A stretch of 64,000 nt of DNA, taken from assembly GCA_963795765.1 (NCBI GenBank), contig CAWCJW010000005.1, positions 18,984 to 82,983 of the forward strand, given 5' to 3'. The notes beneath the pieces are model-generated. The model searched no databases. It was not told the origin of the DNA and worked only from the letters and a program-made list of their open reading frames with translations. This stretch comes from an uncultured Solirubrobacterales bacterium. GTDB lineage: Bacteria > Actinomycetota > Thermoleophilia > Solirubrobacterales > 70-9. This document shows, in pieces, positions 54,103-64,000 of this stretch (the first letter of the stretch is position 1; each line of letters begins with the position of its first letter). The position numbers were made by a program, and so were the translations under genes.

Positions 54103-54741
54103 TCACTGCCGCCCGTCTCGGGACAGCTCAACTTGCGCCAGCGGGGTGTATCGCGAACCCTGCGGCTGGAGTACAGAACGGTAGAGCGTCACCCGGACGC
54201 AAAGAGCGGGCTCTAAGAGCGTTTTCGGCAGTGCTCCGGGGGATCCCTCCATCCTCTGCGGACGCCTCGATCCCCGCCCTGCAGACTTGACCCTGGCGAC
54301 CGTTACGTGCGGCCAAAACGGCCGGTTCTCCGGCTTGTAAAGCTGCTCGCCGACGAGCTTCCGCTCGAGTTCCCGCTGCAGCGGCAGCGCATCAGGAGCT
54401 AGGGCCGGCAGGGCGAAGAGGCGGGCTCGCTTCAGCGAGGGCTTGGCGATCGGATCTTCGAGGGCGACGCTCGGCGCCGCCGCGCCAAGGCCACCGACGA
54501 TCTCGCCCAGCGCCGCGATCTCCCGCTCCGGCAGGTAGCCGAGGAAGGCGAGTGTGATGTGCAGCGACTCGGGCGCCACCAGGCGCAGCGCCGGGTCGGC
54601 CAGCTCGCTGTGGCCCCAGTCAACGATCTCATCGCGCAGGCCATCCGGTAGATCCAAGGCGACGAACAGGCGTGCCCGCGGGCTCTTCAGTCTTTCCCTG
54701 CTCACCCGGTTCAAGCTACGGGCCGCGGGCGCGCGAGACAA
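54103..54741 (-). CDS. thpR: RNA 2',3'-cyclic phosphodiesterase (2'-5' RNA ligase family, ThpR/LigT)
   Basis: Two H-x-T/S-x motifs are present: LHITLAFLG and PHVTVARV. Confidence 0.8.
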   Translation of the reverse strand: MSRAPAARSLNRVSRERLKSPRARLFVALDLPDGLRDEIVDWGHSELADPALRLVAPESLHITLAFLGYLPEREIAALGEIVGGLGAAAPSVALEDPIAKPSLKRARLFALPALAPDALPLQRELERKLVGEQLYKPENRPFWPHVTVARVKSAGRGSRRPQRMEGSPGALPKTLLEPALCVRVTLYRSVLQPQGSRYTPLAQVELSRDGRQ

Positions 54742-54774
54742 CGCCCGCCTGCGCCGAAACCGTGCCGACTTGCC

Positions 54775-56064
54775 CTAGAGCGGCGCCTCTTCGCCCCTGA
54801 GCAGGAGGCGAAGCAGGTGCATTCCGACCAGTGCCGAGCGTTCGCGGATGTCGGCGCGACCGCCGGGAATCACCGGATCACGAGCGAGGAAGGTGCCGTC
54901 GGCGAGGCGGGCGTGAAAGCAGACATAGCCGACCGGCTTCTCCTCCGTGCCTCCGTCTGGACCGGCGATCCCGGTGATCGAGACGGCGACGTCGGCCTCG
55001 AAACGTTCGATCGCGCCGAGCGCCATCTGCTCGGCCACCTCGAGCGAGACGGCACCCTTCTCTTCGATCAACCCGGGATCGACCCCGAGCAGGTCTGCCT
55101 TGGCCTGATTCGAGTAGGAGACGACGCTGCCCGCCATGTAGGACGAGGCGCCGGGCAGGTCGGTGATCCGCGCCGCCAGCAGGCCGCCGCTGCAGGACTC
55201 GGCCAGGCCAAGCCGGTGGCCCTGCAGGAGCGCCGCCACCTGGGCGTCAATCGTCTCGCCGTCGAGGCTGAAGAGATGGCGGGGATGCCGAGCCCGCAGG
55301 CCAGAGCGGACCGCCTCGGCGATATCCGCCGCTTTGTCGCGATAGCGCACGTCGATCTCGATCTCACCGCGGCGCAGACAGGTCGTGATCTCGACCTCGG
55401 GTAGATCCACGCCGTCGTCCTCGATCTCGCGCAGGCTCTTGGCGATCTCGGACTCGGGCACGCCGAACATGCGCAGGGTGTAACCGTGCAGCGGCGTGGC
55501 GTGGTCGAGCAGCGCCTTGACCGGCTCGGCTGCCAGCGCCACCGGCCACATCGGTTGCAGCTCCCGCGGCGGCCCAGGGAGCACGACCACGACCCGATCG
55601 CCAGCTGGCACGATCAGGCCCGGCGCGGTACCGATCGGATCAAGCGGAAGCGAGCCCTCGGGGATGATCGCCTGCTTGCGGTTGGCCTCGCGCAATGCCT
55701 CTGGGTCGAATTTGAGAATGCCGGCCCGGCGAGCGAACCCGCGCAGGACCTCAGCGATCTTCTCCTCCACCGCCTCGTCGAGGACCATCGCGCGGCCGGC
55801 GAAGCGACCGACCACCTCGGCGGTGAGATCGTCAGCGGTCGGGCCGAGTCCACCGGAAGTAACGATCAGATCCATGTCCTCGCCGGCCATGAAGCGCAAC
55901 GCCGCCTCGAGATCGTCGGGTCGATCGCCGACGACGAGGATGTGGGCAACCTCTACCCCGCGCTCGGCAAGCTGTTCGGAAAGCCAGGGACCGTTGCGAT
56001 CAACGATCCGCCCGGTCAGCACCTCGGTGCCGGTGACGACTATGCCCGCCCGCACCTCGCTCAT
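54775..56064 (-). CDS. cinA: CinA family protein (MoCF-binding domain plus nicotinamide-nucleotide amidase PncC domain)
   Basis: IVVTGTEVLTGRIVDRNG N-terminus, TSGGLGPTADD, and a C-terminal ESCSGGLLAARITD. Confidence 0.9.
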   Translation of the reverse strand: MSEVRAGIVVTGTEVLTGRIVDRNGPWLSEQLAERGVEVAHILVVGDRPDDLEAALRFMAGEDMDLIVTSGGLGPTADDLTAEVVGRFAGRAMVLDEAVEEKIAEVLRGFARRAGILKFDPEALREANRKQAIIPEGSLPLDPIGTAPGLIVPAGDRVVVVLPGPPRELQPMWPVALAAEPVKALLDHATPLHGYTLRMFGVPESEIAKSLREIEDDGVDLPEVEITTCLRRGEIEIDVRYRDKAADIAEAVRSGLRARHPRHLFSLDGETIDAQVAALLQGHRLGLAESCSGGLLAARITDLPGASSYMAGSVVSYSNQAKADLLGVDPGLIEEKGAVSLEVAEQMALGAIERFEADVAVSITGIAGPDGGTEEKPVGYVCFHARLADGTFLARDPVIPGGRADIRERSALVGMHLLRLLLRGEEAPL

Positions 56065-56819
56065 GCGCAGGTAGGCCGTTCCGTTTCGCCGAGCTTGGTC
56101 AGCTTGCCGGCAGAGTTGATCGCGTAGCCGACCGGGCTGGACGTCGCCGGTATTTCCGCTTCCCTGCCGTCGATGAGCATCTTGACCTCGCCGTTGCCGA
56201 AGGAAACCGTGAAGCTACCGGAGTGGAAGGGCCCTTCTTCGGCACCCGCTTCCAGGATCAGGCCGTCGACCAGAGCTTTGCCCTTGGCATTGACCAGACA
56301 GGCCCAGACTTCGGCGCTGGCCGCCAGCCGCACCGTGACGCCCCCCTTGGAGTGCGCCGCTGGCACTTTCGCCGGCGCCGGCGCCTGATGACCCCGCGGA
56401 ACCTCCGTGTCTCGCTGAGTCGGAGAAGAGCCCCCTCCCCCGCCCGTCGGGAAGGCGACGATCGCGACGACGGCCACGGCAATTACCGCCAGTACGGCGA
56501 GGCCGGCGAGCAGAACACCGCGAGGCGTGGCCGGCGCTCCCTGTGGCTCTGTCTGCGACTGCGCCGCGCCGGCGCGATGCCAGGGTTCAACGCTCTGGCG
56601 GTAGTCCTCGACCAGGCGCTCGCCGTCAAGGCCGAGAAACGAGGCGTAAGTGCGAATGAATCCGCGTCGGTAAACGCCGCCCGGCAGCACGTCCCATTCT
56701 TCGTCCTCGATCGCGCGCAGGTAGCGCAGGCGGATCCTCGTCGCCGCCTCGACCTCGGAGAGCTCGAGCTCGCGACGAGTCCGCGCTCTGCGCAGGATCG
56801 TGCCGACACCGCTGTCCAT
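56061..56819 (-). CDS. RodZ-like HTH membrane protein
   Basis: XRE-type HTH with the RodZ-typical RIRLRYLRAIEDEEWDVLPGGVYRRGFIRTYASFLGLD, a central TM segment and a DUF4115-like C-terminus. Confidence 0.7.
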   Translation of the reverse strand: MDSGVGTILRRARTRRELELSEVEAATRIRLRYLRAIEDEEWDVLPGGVYRRGFIRTYASFLGLDGERLVEDYRQSVEPWHRAGAAQSQTEPQGAPATPRGVLLAGLAVLAVIAVAVVAIVAFPTGGGGGSSPTQRDTEVPRGHQAPAPAKVPAAHSKGGVTVRLAASAEVWACLVNAKGKALVDGLILEAGAEEGPFHSGSFTVSFGNGEVKMLIDGREAEIPATSSPVGYAINSAGKLTKLGETERPTCA

Positions 56820-56850
56820 TGGGGCATTGTCCTACCCCTGGCGCTGAGGT

Positions 56851-59004
56851 CTACTCGGGCGCGACGGGTGAAGGCACGGGCTCAGCGGATTGAGCCTCGC
56901 CGCCGCCGATTAGGCGGCTCAGGTCGGCCTGGGTGACCAAGACCTGGCGCGGTTTTGAGCCTTCGTAGCCGGAGATCACGCCACGGCGCTCGAGCATGTC
57001 GATCAGCCGCCCGGCACGGGTGTAGCCGACGCGCAGGCGCCGCTGGATCATCGAGACGGAGGCGGTTTCGGTTTCGACCACGACCCGGATCGCGTCATCG
57101 AGCAGATCATCGCTGTCGGGATCGAAGTCGCCCTCGGTTTCGACGCCTTTCTCCTCGTGCAGCTCGAGCAACTCGGCCTCGAATTCGGGTTCGCCCTGCT
57201 TGGCCCAGTGGCTGGTGATGCGGGCGGTCTCCTCCTCGGTGACGAAGGCACCCTGGATCCGCTGCAGCTTCGAGGTGCCGGCGCCGCGGAAGAGCATGTC
57301 ACCCTGGCCGAGCAGCGCCTCGGCGCCGCCCTGATCGAGGATCACCCGGGAGTCGGTCTGCGAGGAGACCGCGAAGGCGATGCGGGCCGGGATGTTGACC
57401 TTGATCGTGCCGGTAATGATGTCGGTCGAGGGTCGCTGGGTCGCCAGCACCAGGTGGATCCCAGTGGCGCGGGACTTCTGGGCGAGGCGGATGATCGAGT
57501 CCTCGACCTCGGCCGGGGAGACCATCATCAGGTCCGCGAGCTCGTCGATCACGCAGAGGATGTGCGGCAAAGGCGGTTCGCCGGCCTTGGCGCGGGCGCG
57601 GTTGAGCTCGGCAAGGTTGCGGCAGCGAGCCTGGCCCATGATCCCGTAGCGGCTCTCCATCTCGCCGATCAGGTTGGCCAGCACGTTCGCGGCGAGGCGC
57701 GGCGAGGTGACCACCGGCGTCAAGAGGTGGGGCACGTTCTCGTAGTGGTTGAGCTCGACCTGCTTGGGGTCGACGAGGACGAGGCGGACGTCGTTGGGCG
57801 AGGCCTGCATCAGGATCGAGGAGAGGATCGCGTTGACGCAGCCGGACTTGCCCGAGCCGGTGGTGCCGGCAACGAGCACGTGCGGCATCTTCGCCAAGTC
57901 GGTCCAAACCGGGTTGCCGTCGATCCCCTTGCCGAGCCAGGCGACCAGCGGCGAGGTCTTCTCGGGCCGGGCGGAGTAGATGTCGCCGAGGCGGACGATG
58001 CGGCGGCGTGCGTTGGGGACCTCGACGCCAACCGCCTGCTTGCCGGGGATCGGAGCGAGGATGCGAATGTCGGTCGAGGCCAGCGCGTAGGCGAGGTCGT
58101 TGGAGAGCTCGGTCACCTTCTTGACCTTGGTGCCCGGGGCGAGGCGCAGTTCGTAGCGCGAGACGTGCGGCCCGCTGACGATGCCGACGATCTTCGCCTC
58201 GACCTTGAAGTGCGCGAGCGTCTCGACCAGCTTGCGACCGACGATCTCGTGATCGCGCGGGTCGACACCCTTGTCGCCTTTGCCGCGTTCAAGAGATTTG
58301 GCCGGCGGCGGCTTGTAGTCGATGCCCTCGGAGATCGTCACGCCCCGCTTGTTGCCCTGCGGCGTTAGGGAAACTTGCTCCGGCTCGGGAATTGGATCGA
58401 CGGCCACGGCATCTTCCTCGGCCTCGATCGCGGCCAGCTCGGCGTCAAAGCTCTCGGTGACGGCCTCTGCGACCTCCTCGACGTCCGGCTCGGGCTCTTC
58501 GACCAGGGCGACGGTCGGCTCGACGTCGTCCTCCTCGGGATAGGCGCTCATCACGTCGGTCGGGCCGGCCTGGGTCTCGAAGGCGAAGGTCTTTTCCTCC
58601 TGGCGGTCGCGCCGGGTCTGGATCGCGGTCTGGGTTGCGGCGCGGCTGCCGAGGAAGACGCGGCGAGTGCCACGGCCGATGCCGCGGAAGAGAGTCGAGA
58701 TCGAGGTACCGGTGACCAGCAGCCCGCCGATCACCAGCATCAAGACGGTGAAGATCCGCGCGCCGACCGTGCCGAAGAGGTAAACGAGAGCGGTTTCCAG
58801 CCCGTAGCCGACCTTGCCGCCATCCCAGCCGAAGAAGAGCACGAAGCTGAGGTAGACGCCCGCGGCGATCAGGAACAGCCCGATCAAGTCGAGGTGGCGC
58901 TGCTCCAGCGCCTGCGGCAGGTGCAGCCTCCCCTTCGCTGCTTTGGCTTTTGCTTTCGGCTTACGGCGCGCGGCTTTACCGCGCTTCTTGTTACGCACGA
59001 ACAT
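56851..59004 (-). CDS. ftsK: DNA translocase FtsK/SpoIIIE
   Basis: ATG 59004 (MFVRNKKRGK). N-terminal TM helices, motor domain with VAGTTGSGKSGCVNA, and a C-terminal gamma winged helix (ASVSMIQRRLRVGYTRAGRLIDMLE). Confidence 0.9.
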   Translation of the reverse strand: MFVRNKKRGKAARRKPKAKAKAAKGRLHLPQALEQRHLDLIGLFLIAAGVYLSFVLFFGWDGGKVGYGLETALVYLFGTVGARIFTVLMLVIGGLLVTGTSISTLFRGIGRGTRRVFLGSRAATQTAIQTRRDRQEEKTFAFETQAGPTDVMSAYPEEDDVEPTVALVEEPEPDVEEVAEAVTESFDAELAAIEAEEDAVAVDPIPEPEQVSLTPQGNKRGVTISEGIDYKPPPAKSLERGKGDKGVDPRDHEIVGRKLVETLAHFKVEAKIVGIVSGPHVSRYELRLAPGTKVKKVTELSNDLAYALASTDIRILAPIPGKQAVGVEVPNARRRIVRLGDIYSARPEKTSPLVAWLGKGIDGNPVWTDLAKMPHVLVAGTTGSGKSGCVNAILSSILMQASPNDVRLVLVDPKQVELNHYENVPHLLTPVVTSPRLAANVLANLIGEMESRYGIMGQARCRNLAELNRARAKAGEPPLPHILCVIDELADLMMVSPAEVEDSIIRLAQKSRATGIHLVLATQRPSTDIITGTIKVNIPARIAFAVSSQTDSRVILDQGGAEALLGQGDMLFRGAGTSKLQRIQGAFVTEEETARITSHWAKQGEPEFEAELLELHEEKGVETEGDFDPDSDDLLDDAIRVVVETETASVSMIQRRLRVGYTRAGRLIDMLERRGVISGYEGSKPRQVLVTQADLSRLIGGGEAQSAEPVPSPVAPE

Positions 59005-59124
59005 AGGCAGCCCCTTCGACGCTAGCCGGTCTACCCCTGCGCGCACGGACGAATCCGCGCCGCGCCCTAAAACACAGCTAAATCTCGGCTGCTTCCGGGC
59101 ATTTCGCCTTTAACATCGACGCAG

Positions 59125-59820
59125 ATGCTGACCAGCGATCCCGAAACCGCGACCGGCCGCGTCCTCGTCGTCGAGGACGACGCCGAGATTGCCGACGTCC
59201 TGCGCCGCTCGCTGCGCCAGGAGGGCTACGAGGTGAAGACCAGTGCCGACGGGGTCGAGGCACTCGACGTCGCCAGCGGCTTCGTCCCCGATCTCGTCGT
59301 GCTCGACCTCGGCCTGCCCCGTCTTGACGGCGTCGAGGTCTGCCGGCGCTTGCGCGCCGATGGCGACGTGCCGATCCTGATGCTTACCGCCCGGGCCGAG
59401 ACCGAGGACCGGGTCAGCGGCCTCGACAGCGGCGCCGACGATTACCTGGTCAAGCCCTTCGAGCGCCAGGAGCTGCTGGCGCGGATCCGGGCCCTGCTGC
59501 GCCGCCGGCCGCCGCGTGGCGCCGCCTCGCTCGAGGTCGCCGACCTCGCCCTCAACCCGGACACGCGCGAGGTCAAACGCGGCAAGCGGGAGCTGGAGCT
59601 GACCAACCGCGAGTTCGAGCTGCTCGAGTACCTGATGCGCAACGAGCGCCTCGTCGTCTCCCGCGAGCGCCTGCTCGACGACGTCTGGGGCTATGACCCA
59701 ACCGCGGCGACGAACACGATCGACGTCTTCATCTCCAACCTGCGGCGCAAGCTCGAGGCCGGCGGAGAGCCCCGCCTCCTGCACACCAAACGCGGCGCCG
59801 GCTACGTCCTCAAGCAATAA
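59125..59820 (+). CDS. OmpR-family response regulator
   Basis: Receiver domain (VLVVEDD, DLVVLDLGLPRLDG, KPF) plus a winged-helix output domain (LTNREFELLEYLM, RGAGYVL). Confidence 0.9.
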   Translation: MLTSDPETATGRVLVVEDDAEIADVLRRSLRQEGYEVKTSADGVEALDVASGFVPDLVVLDLGLPRLDGVEVCRRLRADGDVPILMLTARAETEDRVSGLDSGADDYLVKPFERQELLARIRALLRRRPPRGAASLEVADLALNPDTREVKRGKRELELTNREFELLEYLMRNERLVVSRERLLDDVWGYDPTAATNTIDVFISNLRRKLEAGGEPRLLHTKRGAGYVLKQ

Positions 59821-59822
59821 CC

Positions 59823-61322
59823 GTGACGAGGCTCAGGCGTCGCCAGACAAGGACGCAGGGAGCCCGAATAGCAGCGCTATTTGGGCGATCGAGGACGCCG
59901 TATGGCGGTCGCCTGAGACCGTCATCGTGGCCGGTGCGCTGGCGCTTGGCGGCGGTTTCAGCCGGCCTCACCCTGGCCATCCTGCTCGTCTTCGGCGCCG
60001 TGATCGGCCAGGTCGCCACCAGCCGCGTCCGCGACGATTTTAACCGCCAGGTCAGCGGGGCCGCGCAGACGCTGGCGGCGGAAAGCCGGATCTTCAGCAC
60101 GTCGCTCGGCACCTACTTTCGCGGCCCCAAGCTCGACGACTTCGTCCGACCCGACGGCGCCTCGGCCCGCGTGTTCGATGCCGAAGGCAACCTGATCAAG
60201 GAAAGCCTCGGCGCCGAGCAGATGGGATCGTCCTCCTCGCTCGGCCTCTCCAACTTCGGTCAGATGCGGGTCGCAACCACCCGGATCAGCGGCGAATCCG
60301 GCGCCACCACGGGCTTCATTCAGTACGGCCGCAACATCGCCCACCTCGACTCGACCGTCGACCGGCTCTGGCTCTTCATCGCTGCCGGCGTCCTCGGCGG
60401 CACCCTGCTCGCGATCCTCGCCGGGGTCGCGATCGCCGCCCGGGCGATGCGCCCGATCTCGGCTCTGACCGCAACCGCGCGCCAGATCGCCGATACCGGC
60501 GATCCCTCCAGCCATATGCCGGACCCCAAGGTCAGCGACGAGGTCGGCGAGCTCGCCCGCACTCTGGAGCAGATGCTGCGCTCACTCGACTCCGCCCGCG
60601 CCGAGCGCGAGGCGGCGATGAAGAAACAGCGCGAGTTCGTCGCCGACGCCTCGCACGAGCTGCGCACGCCACTGACCAGCGTGCTGGCCAACCTCGAGCT
60701 GTTGCAGGCCTCGCTGCAGGCGCCGAGCCAGGACGACGACCGGGCGATGGTCGACTCGGCCCTGCGCTCCTCGAAACGGATGAGCCGCCTGGTCGCTGAC
60801 CTGCTGCTGCTCGCCCGCGCCGACGCCGGGCGGGCGGGAAAGCACGGGCCGTGCGACCTCGCCGAGATCGCCGGCAACGCCGCCGCCGAGATGGCGCCGG
60901 TCCTCGGCGACCGCGAGCTGGACATCGATAACCAGCAGGCGCTGCCGGTAATCGGCAACGCCGACGAGCTGCACCGGATGGTCCTCAACCTGCTCGACAA
61001 CGCCTCCCGCCACACACCCCCGGGGGCCCGCATCGAACTGCACCTGCGCCGCCTCGGCGAGGAAGCGGTGCTCGAGGTTGCCGACGACGGCCCCGGCATC
61101 CCACCCCGCCTGCGCGAGCAGATCTTCGACCGCTTCGTCCGCGGCGAGGGACCGGCCGACACTGCAGTTGGCCCCGGCAGCGGCCTCGGCCTCGCCATCG
61201 TCCGCTCCGTCGCGGTCTCCCACGCCGGCACAGTTGAAGTCGGCGAATCGGCCTCGGGCGGCGCCCAGTTCCGAGTCAGGCTCCCCCTGCAACCCGCCCA
61301 GCAGCCTGCCTCAACCTTTTAG
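59823..61322 (+). CDS. Sensor histidine kinase (TM-HAMP-HisKA-HATPase)
   Basis: H-box ASHELRTPLT, N-box LLDNASRHT and G-boxes DDGPGIP, GSGLGLAI. The start is uncertain (GTG 59823 or GTG 59934). Confidence 0.85.
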   Translation: MTRLRRRQTRTQGARIAALFGRSRTPYGGRLRPSSWPVRWRLAAVSAGLTLAILLVFGAVIGQVATSRVRDDFNRQVSGAAQTLAAESRIFSTSLGTYFRGPKLDDFVRPDGASARVFDAEGNLIKESLGAEQMGSSSSLGLSNFGQMRVATTRISGESGATTGFIQYGRNIAHLDSTVDRLWLFIAAGVLGGTLLAILAGVAIAARAMRPISALTATARQIADTGDPSSHMPDPKVSDEVGELARTLEQMLRSLDSARAEREAAMKKQREFVADASHELRTPLTSVLANLELLQASLQAPSQDDDRAMVDSALRSSKRMSRLVADLLLLARADAGRAGKHGPCDLAEIAGNAAAEMAPVLGDRELDIDNQQALPVIGNADELHRMVLNLLDNASRHTPPGARIELHLRRLGEEAVLEVADDGPGIPPRLREQIFDRFVRGEGPADTAVGPGSGLGLAIVRSVAVSHAGTVEVGESASGGAQFRVRLPLQPAQQPASTF

Positions 61323-61367
61323 TTTCGCTTTAGCGGCGCGACCTAGATTTATCCGCGGACGAGACAC

Positions 61368-61416
61368 AAGGACCTGCCGGACTCTCCCCAACATCTCCGG
61401 CAGGTCCTTTTTTTGT
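61368..61416 (+). terminator. Canonical rho-independent terminator downstream of the histidine kinase gene
   Basis: 14-bp perfect stem aaggacctgccgga (61368-61381) / tccggcaggtcctt (61396-61409), 14-nt loop, followed by a run of seven T. Confidence 0.75.
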
Positions 61417-61449
61417 GCTCGGGTGAGCGAAGGTCAAGCGGTTAGGCGG

Positions 61450-61527
61450 GCGGGTCCTGTCGCGGCGGCCCTCCCCCATGTGCTCGGACGCCTGCGGCGC
61501 CCTGCGCTATGGGGGACCCCCGCCACC
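61450..61527 (+). repeat. Diverged copy of the GC-rich repeat element (forward orientation)
   Basis: Starts with the same 14-mer gcgggtcctgtcgc as 4531 and ends ...gggggacccccgccacc, like the rpsB copy end. The middle is diverged. Confidence 0.45.
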
Positions 61528-61646
61528 ACGCCACCCGCCCGACGAGCGGCTCGATCCCCGCTCATCCGTGCCAGGGCAAAGAGCTTCTTTCAGACGGAGG
61601 TGTCGTCCCTCGCGCGGAGCTCTGCCGAAAAGCGCCCCTCCCCGGG

Positions 61647-61727
61647 GGTGGCGCCGTAGGGGGACCCGCCCCTGAGGACGCTTTAGCGACCGGAAGGGGT
61701 GGGGGTTCCTGCGGCGACAGGACCCGC
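61647..61727 (-). repeat. Copy of the GC-rich hairpin-forming repeat element (inverted relative to 4531..4613)
   Basis: Its reverse complement, gcgggtcctgtcgccgcaggaaccccc...ggtcgctaaagcgtcctcaggggcgggtccccctacggcgccacc, aligns with 4531-4613 with few mismatches. Confidence 0.65.
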
Positions 61728-61746
61728 GGGGCCGGGGACGCCCTCG

Positions 61747-63411
61747 TCAGACCTCTACAACAACCGGAACGATCATCGGCCGCCGCCGCAGCTTTTCGTA
61801 GACCAGACCGGCGACGGCGTCGTGAACGTCTTCCTGGACCAGGTGCAGCTCGCGCGTGCCCGCTTTGGCCGCGTCCTCGAGCGAGTCCTCGACCAGGTCG
61901 CGCAGGTCCTCGACCAGGGCGTCGGCCTCCTCGAGGAAGGCGACACCGCGGAAGAGCACCTCGGGGTCGGCAACGACGTGGCCGTCCTCGGAGGAAATCG
62001 TGGCGACGACGATGAAGAGGCCGTCGGCGGAGATCTCACGGCGGTCGCGCAGGGCGACGTCGTCGGGCTCGCCGACGTTGACGCCGTCGACGTAGATCAC
62101 GCCGGCGTGGATCTCCTCACCGAAGCCGGCACCGTTCTGGTCGATCTTCGAGGGGCAGGCCATTGCGCCCCTGGAAGATGTTCTCGGGGGCGACGCCGAC
62201 CGATTCGGCCAGCTCGGCGTGCAGGCGCAGGCGCTGGTGGTCGCCGTGGACGGGCAATACATAGCGCGGTTTGGTCAGGTTGAGCATCAGTTTCAGCTCC
62301 TCCTGCCAGCCATGCCCGGAGGCGTGGATCGGCGCGTCTTTTGCGGTCACGACTTTGGCGCCGATCTCGAAGATGCGGTCGATCGTCTCGTTGACGGCGC
62401 GCTCGTTGCCGGGAACCGGCGTAGCCGAGAAGACCACGGTGTCGCCGGAGTGCAGCTCGACGTCGCGGTGGTCGTTGTTGGCCATCCGCCGCAGCGCCGA
62501 GAGCGGCTCGCCCTGGCTGCCGGTCGAGATCACGATCACCTTCTCGTCGGGGAAGTTCTCGATCTCGCGCGGCTGGATGAAAAGGCCGGACGGCGCTTTG
62601 GCGATGCCGAGATTGGAGGCGATGTTGAAGTTTTTGCGCATCGAGCGACCGACCAGAGCGACGCGGCGGTCGAGCTGCACGGCGGCGTCGATCACCTGCT
62701 GGACGCGGTGGATGTTGGAGGCGAAGGAGGTGACGATGATGCGGCCCTCACAGGAGGCGAAGGTCTCCAGCAGCGCCGGCCCGACGCTCGACTCCGAGGG
62801 AGCCACGCCGGGCCGGTCGGCGTTGGTCGAGTCACCACAGAGCAGCGTCAGGCCGTCGCGACCCAGTTCCGCCAGTCGCGAGATGTCGGCGGGACGGCCG
62901 TCGACCGGGGTCTGGTCGAACTTGTAGTCGCCGGTCATCAGCACGTTGCCTGCCTTGGTGGTGAGCAGGACCCCGCGGGCGTCGGGGATCGAGTGCGAGA
63001 GGTGGATCAGCTCCAGCTCGAAGGGCCCGGCCTGAACCTTCTCCCCCGCCGGCAGCTCCTGCAGCGGCGCGTCTTCGAGCTTGTGCTCGTCGAGCTTGGC
63101 GCGGACCATGCCGACGGTGAGCAGGCCGCTGTAGATGACCGGCGGCATGCCGAGCTCACGCAGCACGTAGGGCAGGGCGCCGACGTGGTCCTCGTGACCG
63201 TGGGTGAGCACGATCGCCTCGATGTCGTCGACCCGATCGCGCAGGTAGGAGAAGTCCGGCAGGACGAGGTCGATGCCGAGCATCTCCGCGGTCGGGAACA
63301 TCAGGCCCGTGTCGACGACGACGATACGGCCGTCGTACTCGATCACGGTCATGTTCTTGCCGATCTCGCCCAGTCCCCCGAGCGGCAGCACGCGCAGCTT
63401 GCCGGCGGGCA

Positions 63412-63412
<1 letters not shown>
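61747..63412 (-). pseudogene. rnj: Ribonuclease J, frame broken near the C-terminal domain (pseudogene or sequence error)
   Basis: GTG 63412 gives VPAGKLRVLPLGGLGEIGKNMT with THGHEDHVGA (HxHxDH). The frame is good to ...APENIFQGRNG, then the remainder (IDQNGAGFGEEIHAGVIYVDG...PMIVPVVVEV) is in another frame. The switch lies near 62140-62175. Confidence 0.8.

Positions 63413-64000
<588 letters not shown>

Overview
High-GC bacterial chromosome segment (about 70% by eye). Gene content and order look like Actinomycetota, possibly a deep-branching Thermoleophilia/Rubrobacteria-like lineage, but this is inference only. I call about 70 protein genes and found no rRNA, tRNA, CRISPR array, IS element or prophage.

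Core layout:
- 5'-truncated alkaline phosphatase, then proC-yggT-lspA-rluA.
- The conserved string rpsB-tsf-pyrH-frr-uppS-cdsA-dxr-rseP, a 2.8-kb opposite-strand insert, then ispG-proS.
- A pgsA-like / small coiled-coil / FHA / MerR module, then nadE, dinB and corA.
- An envelope redox and folding neighbourhood: ccdA, VKOR-DsbA, bcp, anchored cyclophilin.
- A murT-methyltransferase-gatD block, then dut and hflX.
- A miaB-miaA-dapF-aminotransferase string, then recA, thpR, cinA, a rodZ-like gene and ftsK.
- An OmpR/HK two-component pair, rnj, and the 3' part of dapA.

Most notable observations:
1. The DapF homologue has both catalytic Cys replaced by Ser.
2. A SAM-methyltransferase gene is translationally coupled between murT and gatD.
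3. An 88-aa protein carries a near-perfect RsiG-type c-di-GMP motif (Q to H).
4. A hairpin-forming element of about 82 bp sits in-frame in the long rpsB tail. Related copies form an inverted pair in the largest intergenic region.
5. Two tandem LTD / Ig-repeat secreted proteins are inserted between rseP and ispG.
6. There are at least ten reading-frame disruptions, eight of them in the last 17 kb (an MBL hydrolase, miaA, miaB, rnj, and dapA four times). The miaB disruption sits at a (GAGC)4 repeat. I cannot tell sequencing error from real gene decay.

Many long antisense ORFs in the track are high-GC shadows and were rejected.
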